A program made the position numbers and the translations under genes. Source: a virus. Taken from it: a stretch of 48,723 nt of DNA. Under the pieces are notes generated by a model, which was not told where the DNA came from, searched no databases, and saw only the letters and a list, made by a program, of their open reading frames with translations. Where the stretch lies: positions 1 to 48,723 of the IMG/VR virus record IMGVR_UViG_3300021255_000132, one strand, 5' to 3'. This document shows positions 15,275-22,478 of the stretch, piece by piece (within the stretch, counting starts at the first letter, position 1; every line of letters starts with the position of its first letter).

Positions 15275-16681
15275 ATGACAAAAACAGTAAAACGTGCTGC
15301 CCTTTATATCCGTGTAAGCACCGACGAGCAGGCGCGATACGGATTATCACTTGGAGAACAGCGCCGCGACCTTGAAGATTACGCGCGTCGCAAAGGATAT
15401 ATTGTTGCCGGCATCTATGCTGACGAAGGCACATCCGCCCGCAAGTCCCTGCATCGCAGGAAAGAATTGCAGCGCCTGCTTGCCGATATCCGTGCCGGCA
15501 AGATTGATGTCGTTGTTGTTAAAGACTTGGAACGCTGGATGCGCTCCGTCCGTGACTTTTATAAAGTACAAGACATTCTCGATGAGCATAATGTCGGCTG
15601 GGAGTGTTCCCAGGACAGGTACAACACCACCACTGCCAATGGGAAGATGCAGCTGAATATGCGTCTGGCCATCGCACAGGACGAATCGGATCGGGACAGT
15701 GAGCGCATCCGTTACGTGTTCGAGGGCAAGAGAAAACGCAAAGAAGTCCTGTCTGGCGCAATTCCCAGGGGAATGTCTATTGTCGATAAGCATATCGTAT
15801 TTAACGAAGAAGCTGATATGGTGCGGGCCATATTCAATCATGTCTATAATGGCGGTTCCGTCCGTTCCTGTATCGCTTTGGCCAAAGAAGAATACGGCGT
15901 TGAATTGACTTATAGAACCATTCGCCGTTCGCTTGCCAATCGTGCATATATCGGGGAGCTCCACGGCGAACCAGGCTACATTGAGTCAATGATTCCCCTG
16001 GATGTGTTCAACAGAGTCCAGATTAAGTTGAAAAAATACTGCTCTTCTTTCCGGAACAAATCCACTGGTAGCCGTGTTTATCTTTTTACCGGATTGATTT
16101 CCTGCCCACATTGCGGCTCCACCCTCAGCGGTTATCGTGGGGATAAAAAAGCGGACGGCACTTATCGCACTTACTGGTATCGTTGTGGTCGTGCCAATGG
16201 CAACGCCGGCGTTGGCTGCAATTATACCCGGTGCTTGTACGAGCGGAAAGTGGAATCATTCCTTCTCGATAACATCCAGTCGCTACTATCCAATCACATG
16301 TATCAAATCGAGCAACGCCGCATTGCAAAGCAAAAATTCCGCTCTGAAATGACCGAAGAAAATATCCAGGCAAAGCTGGCGCGCTTGAAAGATTTGTATG
16401 TTGACGGGCTTATCGATAAACCGACGTACCTGCGCGACTATAATAAGTTTCAGCAGCAACTCCTTGAAATAGCTTCTGATGAGGTCATCCCTCTTACCAC
16501 AATTCCGCCCGAAGCCCAAAGCTTTGTTTCATCAGCTGACTTCCGTGAAGTATATCAATCCCTCACGCAGGAAAACAAGCGTGACTTTTGGGCATCCATT
16601 ATCAAACGGATTACATACGAAGATACCCCCGCAACTCATGGCCGTGGGGGTGTATATGACTTCCATGTTGAGTTTTATTAA
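15275..16681 (+). CDS. Large serine recombinase (phage integrase), 468 aa
   Basis: The resolvase-type catalytic domain is present: AALYIRVSTDEQ...GLSLGEQ. A C-terminal zinc-ribbon region follows (CPHCGSTLSGYRG...YWYRCGR...GC), then a coiled coil. ATG at 15275 lies 7 nt after GGAGGA. Confidence 0.9.
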   Translation: MTKTVKRAALYIRVSTDEQARYGLSLGEQRRDLEDYARRKGYIVAGIYADEGTSARKSLHRRKELQRLLADIRAGKIDVVVVKDLERWMRSVRDFYKVQDILDEHNVGWECSQDRYNTTTANGKMQLNMRLAIAQDESDRDSERIRYVFEGKRKRKEVLSGAIPRGMSIVDKHIVFNEEADMVRAIFNHVYNGGSVRSCIALAKEEYGVELTYRTIRRSLANRAYIGELHGEPGYIESMIPLDVFNRVQIKLKKYCSSFRNKSTGSRVYLFTGLISCPHCGSTLSGYRGDKKADGTYRTYWYRCGRANGNAGVGCNYTRCLYERKVESFLLDNIQSLLSNHMYQIEQRRIAKQKFRSEMTEENIQAKLARLKDLYVDGLIDKPTYLRDYNKFQQQLLEIASDEVIPLTTIPPEAQSFVSSADFREVYQSLTQENKRDFWASIIKRITYEDTPATHGRGGVYDFHVEFY

Positions 16682-16760
16682 GCATGCCTTTTATACCACC
16701 CGTAAAATGTCATGCCCTTTAGGTGATGTCAAATTACTGGTGGTAATACTTCCATCCCTG
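16682..16760. other. Probable attP region
   Basis: It lies immediately 3' of the integrase gene and coincides with the point where the radical-SAM homology breaks (around 16745). It contains attac-tggtg-gtaat dyad symmetry at 16733-16747. Confidence 0.45.
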
Positions 16761-16861
16761 TTCGGGCACGTGACTGGCAATGCAATCGGTAGCTTATATA
16801 CCTTTTCGCCATACCTTTCCTTTAGATAATCAGAAAATACTCGATACACTTGATGCTCCAT
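16691..16861 (-). pseudogene. 5' fragment of a TIGR01212-family radical SAM gene (host-derived)
   Basis: MEHQVYRVFSDYLKERYGEKVYKLPIALPVTCPNRDGSI matches the conserved N-terminus of YhcC/YtqA-type proteins (...L.e.yG.KV.K....g..CPNRDGtiG.GGC.FC). The match breaks off before the Cys-rich SAM cluster and reads into ...TTSNLTSPKGHDILRVV*. Confidence 0.65.
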
Positions 16862-16872
16862 TATTATTCCTT

Positions 16873-17052
16873 TCACGCATTCAATGCCCTATCCATCGCT
16901 GCCAGCACCCATGCTCTGAATGGCATGCCAGCTTTTTCCGCTGCCTGCTTGTAGCGTTCAAGCTCTGGCTTTGGTAGCTTGATACTGATTTGACCGAGTG
17001 ACCGCTGGTATTTTAGCGCAGCACGTTTCTGCGCGTCTGTCATCTTCGCCAT
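16873..17052 (-). CDS. Ribbon-helix-helix (CopG/Arc-like) protein, 59 aa
   Basis: Hand-translated as MAKMTDAQKRAALKYQRSLGQISIKLPKPELERYKQAAEKAGMPFRAWVLAAMDRALNA. GGAGG RBS. The pattern fits a beta strand followed by two helices. Confidence 0.55.
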   Translation of the reverse strand: MAKMTDAQKRAALKYQRSLGQISIKLPKPELERYKQAAEKAGMPFRAWVLAAMDRALNA

Positions 17053-17068
17053 TTTGTGCCTCCTTTTT

Positions 17069-17446
17069 TTACATCAATTTTTTTATAAATCCTCCGGTTT
17101 CTGGTTGCTGAATCTTTTCCTTATGTCTTAGGATTTTCGCTGTACCGTATTCAGCAACGTAGCCAAAAAAGAACTTTTCGCTAATGATATCTTCATCACG
17201 CACAGCTACGTAAATAGTCAGGGTATCTTGCTTGGAGTAATCCTGCGACTTAATGACAGCGCGGCCTTCGACTTTTCTGGCACCCCAATCAACAAGTTCA
17301 TCGTCCAGCGGTACAGGAATTTCATCGTATAGTTTTAGGTTGCCGAGCCAGTAAAAAGTCTTGAACTTTTTGCCCTGCCGTATTTTTACTGCATTGTCGG
17401 GGCTTCTGTTGACAAGATATTTCTTGCCTTCAAATTCAATTAACAT
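17069..17446 (-). CDS. Hypothetical protein (125 aa), cassette gene 3
   Basis: ATG with a GGAGGG RBS. No motif recognised. Confidence 0.6.
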   Translation of the reverse strand: MLIEFEGKKYLVNRSPDNAVKIRQGKKFKTFYWLGNLKLYDEIPVPLDDELVDWGARKVEGRAVIKSQDYSKQDTLTIYVAVRDEDIISEKFFFGYVAEYGTAKILRHKEKIQQPETGGFIKKLM

Positions 17447-17461
17447 TTTAATTCCCTCCTA

Positions 17462-17827
17462 TTATTTGATACAATCACATACTGCTTTAATGGCTTTGTC
17501 AATATCCCCGCCGTCCTGGTGGAAAATCGCTGCTAATTCGCGATGTGCATTGTCCTCTTTAGCTCTGAAATCATCAAATTCGGCTGGTGTCGGATTATCA
17601 TCGAGATATAAATCGGTGATACAGAACATATACATTTCTACATCACGATATGCGGCACTTGCAATTCTCTCTGCTTTATTTTCTGCCTCACGGCGTTCTT
17701 TTTCCTCGTCACTCTCGAAAGCCTCAATGTCAAAGCAATTTGGAGCTTGCGCTTGTATTTGCCGATACTCGCGGGATTTCTTGTCCAGTCTTTTAAGCAA
17801 CATTTTCAAGTAAGCCATCTTTTTCAT
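17462..17827 (-). CDS. Hypothetical acidic / helical protein (121 aa), cassette gene 2
   Basis: ATG at 17827 lies 8 nt after AGGAGG. Confidence 0.6.
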   Translation of the reverse strand: MKKMAYLKMLLKRLDKKSREYRQIQAQAPNCFDIEAFESDEEKERREAENKAERIASAAYRDVEMYMFCITDLYLDDNPTPAEFDDFRAKEDNAHRELAAIFHQDGGDIDKAIKAVCDCIK

Positions 17828-17840
17828 TTTGAAAACCTCC

Positions 17841-18143
17841 TTAAAATTTACCACAGTTCACATAATTTTCGGCGAGATATAAGATTCTGCCGGAGCTAAA
17901 TTTTTCGCGGTGGGTAATGATTACGCCTGCTTGGTCAATCTTTGCTAAAACGTTATTTTCGAGCTGGCTGATGATTTTGTCGAAGGCTTCTTCCCATTTG
18001 TCTGCGTGCGGCCACTGCTTATCGTGTGCACGCTTGATATTGTTGTTTGCTGTGGTGTATACGCAAGCTATGATGTCCGTTGCCCATTTAATTTGCTTAT
18101 CACTGCCCTGCAAATTCAGTTTTGGCATTTCCCACGTTCTCAT
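17841..18143 (-). CDS. Hypothetical protein (100 aa), cassette gene 1
   Basis: ATG with an AAGGGGG RBS, about 38 nt downstream of the predicted transcription start of the consensus promoter. Confidence 0.6.
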   Translation of the reverse strand: MRTWEMPKLNLQGSDKQIKWATDIIACVYTTANNNIKRAHDKQWPHADKWEEAFDKIISQLENNVLAKIDQAGVIITHREKFSSGRILYLAENYVNCGKF

Positions 18144-18187
18144 TTTAATTACCCCCTTAGTGTTTGCTTATCCCTTATCTTGATTAT

Positions 18188-18216
18188 ATTATATAGCTAT
18201 CTATATATTTTGTCAA
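18188..18216 (-). promoter_or_regulatory. Perfect sigma70 consensus promoter TTGACA-17-TATAAT
   Basis: On the minus strand: TTGACA (18216-18211), the 17-nt spacer aaatatatagatagcta, and TATAAT (18193-18188). It is flanked by the repeats atagctaKctatatatttt. Confidence 0.75.
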
Positions 18217-18299
18217 TAGCTAGCTATATATTTTTTTTGAGATTTCTCCTGCTGGAATATTTTTCGCTCTTTTCGTGGAATATTTTTTGCACAAAAATA

Positions 18300-18340
18300 A
18301 GGCCCGTACCGGCGCTATGCCAGTACGGGCCTGTTTTTAT
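18300..18340. terminator. Bidirectional rho-independent terminator ending the lysis operon
   Basis: A 10-bp stem aggcccgtac / gtacgggcct, with a T-tract on the plus strand (gtttttattt) and on the minus strand (ttatttttgt). Confidence 0.75.
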
Positions 18341-18351
18341 TTAATTTTAGC

Positions 18352-18639
18352 TCACTTCACAGCGTTTGCTGCTGCTTTGGTCAGCACGAGCTTGAGAACG
18401 AATACGCCGCCTGTGATAGCGACCGGGAGAACGAACGCATCTCTGATTTTGCACCAGCCTGTTTCGTTCGCGGCATCCTTGCGGCATTCGTCGATAACGC
18501 CATCCGCGAAGGTTTCGACGAACTCAATGCCTTCATTTTCTGCCCAGCCAACGAGGTTGTCTTTCAATTCCTTGCCGACTTCCTCTGCTTTTACTGCTTC
18601 CAGTAAGCTATCTCGAACCTGTACCCATTTGCTGCTCAT
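18352..18639 (-). CDS. Tail-anchored membrane protein in the lysis cassette (95 aa)
   Basis: ATG at 18639. C-terminal TM segment FVLPVAITGGVFVLKLVL. Confidence 0.5.
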   Translation of the reverse strand: MSSKWVQVRDSLLEAVKAEEVGKELKDNLVGWAENEGIEFVETFADGVIDECRKDAANETGWCKIRDAFVLPVAITGGVFVLKLVLTKAAANAVK

Positions 18640-18689
18640 ATGTAACACACTCCTAACTCGTTTTTAACTCATGTTTAACTCGTTTTAAC

Positions 18690-19415
18690 TCAATAAAGCC
18701 CTGCCCGGTCGTTGACTACGAAAATCCGCAGCATGTCCAGCGACAAATCAAGGCTCTCACCATTCCCATTGAGCAGACCTTTGTCAATCATCTTTTGGAC
18801 AGTCCGCTGTGCCCATTCCGGTACAGCATCAATCGTGTTGAACCGTTCGGCACCTCTGCCGCCCTGCTTGCCGCCGTCCTGCTCTGCTGGCGGTTCGCTT
18901 TCAGCCTCCCCGGCCTCTATGCCGTGGGTCTGATTGTAGTAAAAGATGGCCTTGCCCGTAATCGTGCCATCGTCCAGCAATGCCTGGAGGTTTACGCCGG
19001 GGCAAGATGTGGCCATGAGTTCCCCGTGGCCGACGATATGATCGCGGTCAATGGGAATCCCGTAACGGTCGCAGATGTCTGCCACAAGTGCGCCGCAACG
19101 GTCAAGCTGTTTCTCGGTCGGCTCTGCGTCTTCAAAATCTCCGCTCAGGTGGATGCCGATGGTGTGCGAGTTTTCGCCATAAGCGTGACTACCAATAGCC
19201 CATTCCGGGCGGCCGCGCTCAATGGTGCCGTCTTTACGGATGACATAATGATAGCCAATACCTGCCCAGCCATTGCCCAGGTGCCAGCCGTGAATCTGTT
19301 CTGCGCCGGCGTCCATGTCCGGGCTGCCAGTATGATGGATGACAATCATATCGGTGTAGCTGCGCTCTGACAAACTGTTAAAATTCAGATTAGTTTCTTT
19401 AATATCAACGCTCAT
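18690..19415 (-). CDS. N-acetylmuramoyl-L-alanine amidase endolysin (Amidase_2/PGRP type) with a C-terminal binding domain
   Basis: IVIHHTGS...IHGWHLGNGWAGIGYHYVIRKDGTIERGRP...GSHAYGENSHTIGIHLSGDF...HGEL..TSCPG. Confidence 0.85.
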   Translation of the reverse strand: MSVDIKETNLNFNSLSERSYTDMIVIHHTGSPDMDAGAEQIHGWHLGNGWAGIGYHYVIRKDGTIERGRPEWAIGSHAYGENSHTIGIHLSGDFEDAEPTEKQLDRCGALVADICDRYGIPIDRDHIVGHGELMATSCPGVNLQALLDDGTITGKAIFYYNQTHGIEAGEAESEPPAEQDGGKQGGRGAERFNTIDAVPEWAQRTVQKMIDKGLLNGNGESLDLSLDMLRIFVVNDRAGLY

Positions 19416-19581
19416 TTTCTGTTACCGCCTTTCGTATCCGACCTGTAATTTCTTGGAAAAGGACACATCTCAAATAAGCTGTCCTCCATTTCCTGTATCT
19501 GGTTTACATAAAAACCTTGCCGCCTTGCTACATAAGCAAAGGCGGTAAATTTGTTATATAGTTCCGTCCACGCTAAGCCAT

Positions 19582-19773
19582 TCATTTAACCTCATCTTTC
19601 TTCCGTGCAATCTCCTGCGGATTTTCAAAATGATTAACTGCGGTTTTGGACAGATACCCACTAAGCCCGCCCGCAATGCCTGTCAGCAGTTCTGACGGGG
19701 CGCCCATGAACACGCCGACAATCAACGCCGTTGATAGTCCGCCGACTGCCACTAAGTCTGTCGTGATTTTCAT
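19582..19773 (-). CDS. Holin-like small membrane protein (63 aa, 2 TM)
   Basis: Two hydrophobic segments and a charged C-terminus. It lies upstream of the endolysin. Confidence 0.45.
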   Translation of the reverse strand: MKITTDLVAVGGLSTALIVGVFMGAPSELLTGIAGGLSGYLSKTAVNHFENPQEIARKKDEVK

Positions 19774-20033
19774 TTTGCTGCACCTCCTACGACGTTATCC
19801 AGTCGGTCAATACGGTGGTGTGCGGATGCAGCGCTGGCTTCCACTTTTGCCACGCGTTCCTGCAGCTCGTGGCGGCGTTGTTCACTATAACGCAGTTCAT
19901 CCTTCAATTCCTGCACAATCGTTCTAAGCCCGTCAATACTGTGGTTGAGCGGTTTCAGCACGATGTACGAAAACGCACCTGCGAAAAAACCTGCTATTGC
20001 TACCGACTGAGCAATCATGTTTATAATCTCCAT
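19770..20033 (-). CDS. Membrane protein with an N-terminal TM and a coiled coil (87 aa), lysis-associated
   Basis: TM segment MIAQSVAIAGFFAGAFSYIVL followed by heptad-like ELKDELRYSEQRRHELQERVAKVE. Confidence 0.45.
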   Translation of the reverse strand: MEIINMIAQSVAIAGFFAGAFSYIVLKPLNHSIDGLRTIVQELKDELRYSEQRRHELQERVAKVEASAASAHHRIDRLDNVVGGAAK

Positions 20034-20262
20034 CCTCTGCCACCTGCCTTACAACATCTTCTGCATAATCCAGTTCAACAATCCTTGCCACGTCACGGCG
20101 ATATTGTACATGCGTTCACCTCCCCTTAGTACCTACCCTGCACAGTGCCAGCAGGTATTTGCGCGTGTCCGAATTGGACACATCATCACCGTTCGCAATT
20201 GTGTTCATGGCGAATCCGCATATTTATCACCGGCTATGGCACCGATATATGGCAGTCGCTTC

Positions 20263-20571
20263 CTAGAATGTTCCGTGCACTATCCAAATAACACCTTCAC
20301 CAATGACCACACCGCCGACGTCAGCCGCCAGGTCTCCCAAATGGTCATGCGTAGCATGTCCCTTGTTATGGTCATAAATTTCCTTAGCCACAAATAAGCC
20401 GCCTAATATGCTCCAGCGCGTTTCCTTTTTCACTCCACATTCAGCCATAGCCAAGTCAAGGCCCGTCGCAACGCCGATGTGCTTTTGCTTATCCGGCGCT
20501 ATTTCCGCATAGCAAAAAGACGGTATCATCATCGATATCGCCATCAGTGCCGCTATTAACTTTTTGTTCAT
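20263..20571 (-). CDS. Secreted or membrane-anchored small protein with a signal peptide (102 aa)
   Basis: MNKKLIAALMAISMMIPSFCYAEI... Its start lies 83 nt inside the 3' end of the RT ORF. Confidence 0.5.
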   Translation of the reverse strand: MNKKLIAALMAISMMIPSFCYAEIAPDKQKHIGVATGLDLAMAECGVKKETRWSILGGLFVAKEIYDHNKGHATHDHLGDLAADVGGVVIGEGVIWIVHGTF

Positions 20572-21655
20572 CTCCCGTCACCCCCTTTCTTTGCAAGCAA
20601 ATTGAGCTCAGGAGCTTTGTCCTGAGCCTATAACTATCGCAGTGTCGCATTTGCCCATTGTATGACGCATAGGTTTTCATGAAGTCCTCCACATTGGCTT
20701 TACCTCTGGCGAATCTTTTTACTATGCCCTTTAGCCTATGCTTCATCTTTAATGCAGTTTTCTTTCTGAGCAATATGTGGTCCCTCCAGATGCGGAAACC
20801 ACAAAAGTCAACTCCCTGCGTTTCTGTCCGTATTGATGTTTTGTTGTTGAGGAGCAAAGCCCGCTCATTGAGCAGGAAGTCATACATAGCATCACGACAT
20901 TCAGCTAAATATTTTTTATCTGTGCTGACAATCGTAATATCATCCATGTACCGCAGATAATACTTTGCTCCCAGTTCGTGCTTAGCAAACTTGTCTGCAC
21001 CGTCAAGATAAAAGTTTGCCAGCATCTGTGATGACAGGTTGCCGATTGGCATACCAACATCATGCAGTCTTTCACCGCAATAATCGTGGTCTCCAATATT
21101 AATTCCGAAATCGTGCTCACTGTTCACTATTATGCCCAGCAGCCACAATAGTTCTTCGTCTTTTATGGTCTGACTGAGCAAATCCATCATTATTGCATGG
21201 TTCACGCGGTAAAAATACTTTGAGATGTCCATTTTGAGTATATACGCCTTGCCAGGCTGTGCCCTTATATACTCCTGCAGTTTGGCTACTGCACTATGAG
21301 GCCCGCCCTTTATTGGTGCGCACTTCATACGGCAGCCAAAGCTGGTATTTATATAGCGTTTCTCTAACAAGGGATTCAGCTGGCGGTAAACCGCCCATTG
21401 AATAATCCTGTCCCTAAATGGCAGCGCCATTATCAAACGCTTCTTCGGATCGTGTACAAAGAATTCTCGATATCGCCCCACTTTATAAGTATGCCAAATC
21501 AGTTCATTCTGTAATTCAATAAGGTTTTCATCCAGATTGGCCGAAAACTCCATAACTTCCGTTCGATATCTTTTGCCCTTTCTGGCTTCCAGATATGACG
21601 CATAAAGGTTTTCGTAATCATAGATTTTCTCAAAGATGTTTCCTATTCGTTTCAA
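20489..21655 (-). CDS. DGR-type reverse transcriptase (388 aa, apparent TTG start)
   Basis: RT motifs are present, including the DGR hallmark PIGNLSSQMLANFYL and the catalytic YMDD (YLRYMDDITIV). The gene lies 226 nt downstream of the TR. Confidence 0.9.
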   Translation of the reverse strand: MKRIGNIFEKIYDYENLYASYLEARKGKRYRTEVMEFSANLDENLIELQNELIWHTYKVGRYREFFVHDPKKRLIMALPFRDRIIQWAVYRQLNPLLEKRYINTSFGCRMKCAPIKGGPHSAVAKLQEYIRAQPGKAYILKMDISKYFYRVNHAIMMDLLSQTIKDEELLWLLGIIVNSEHDFGINIGDHDYCGERLHDVGMPIGNLSSQMLANFYLDGADKFAKHELGAKYYLRYMDDITIVSTDKKYLAECRDAMYDFLLNERALLLNNKTSIRTETQGVDFCGFRIWRDHILLRKKTALKMKHRLKGIVKRFARGKANVEDFMKTYASYNGQMRHCDSYRLRTKLLSSICLQRKGVTGDEQKVNSGTDGDIDDDTVFLLCGNSAG

Positions 21656-21881
21656 TGTATGTTTCTTCCTTACATGTTACATATAAGCCACAATAAATTA
21701 ATCAATCACTGTCACGTTTTTCGCCCGCCTACTCTTTCAAGGAACGCTACTAACCGCGATGCAGTCCTTTTTTGTTTTTGAGACGGTGTATCTTCCCCAC
21801 CGCCTATGGATACATGCTCCTTATTCTTCATGTAACTGGATGCGCTCCCGTAAGATACGCAACTTCTGACAAAATGAAGAT

Positions 21882-21997
21882 TAAGCCACGCGCCCGCCCA
21901 CGTTGTTGTTCGAATTCGAGCGAACATTATTCAGGTTCAAGGCGAAAACGCCCGCGTTGGCACCATTGTTCCAATTGCCGCCGGATAACGGAACGCG
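21882..21997 (-). repeat. DGR template repeat (TR), 116 bp
   Basis: 102 of 116 positions are identical to 22492-22607. It lies in a non-coding stretch between avd and the RT gene and carries 11 AAY triplets in the VR reading frame. Confidence 0.9.
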
Positions 21998-22023
21998 AAT
22001 TTAGCATGTCCCCAAAGTAACCA

Positions 22024-22398
22024 TTATTTTCTGTTGTTTGTCATCATCCTGCCTATTATTCGCCCACATTCATCAGCACATTTTGATGTAATCTCATATC
22101 GCTTAAAGGCCATATACTTGAATTCAACTCCCAGCCGTAAATACTGCCGCAACGTGTCCAGTTTAATATCTGCTTCTTCTAGTGAAGTTTTCTTGATATG
22201 CTTGTCCTTTATCCTGATTACCAGCTCCATAAAATCATTAAAGATTTTCTTAGTATCTGCAGCAAGTCCGTATTTCTCAGATTTTGGATACTGCCTCAAG
22301 CTAATATATAGTTCTTTCATCAGGTCATGAGTTCTTTCCAACAGGTAAAATGGCACCTTACTTGCTGTTAAATGATTCAGGACGGTCTCTTGTTCCAT
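22024..22398 (-). CDS. avd: Accessory variability determinant (Avd)-like four-helix-bundle protein (124 aa)
   Basis: Its size, basic helical sequence (LYISLRQYPKSEKYGLAADTKK...) and position between VR and TR all fit Avd. Confidence 0.75.
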   Translation of the reverse strand: MEQETVLNHLTASKVPFYLLERTHDLMKELYISLRQYPKSEKYGLAADTKKIFNDFMELVIRIKDKHIKKTSLEEADIKLDTLRQYLRLGVEFKYMAFKRYEITSKCADECGRIIGRMMTNNRK

Positions 22399-22433
22399 TC
22401 ATATTCTCCTCTTCTTTCAATATTTGTAATTTA

Positions 22434-22455
22434 GGGGCTTGCTCCCGCAAGCCCC
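22434..22455 (-). promoter_or_regulatory. GC-rich hairpin downstream of VR (DGR homing-associated stem-loop)
   Basis: On the minus strand: GGGGCTTGC-GGGA-GCAAGCCCC, a 9-bp stem with a 4-nt loop, 36 nt after the VR 3' end. Confidence 0.65.
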
Positions 22456-22478
22456 GCCAGATTTTCAGTGTTCAGTGG

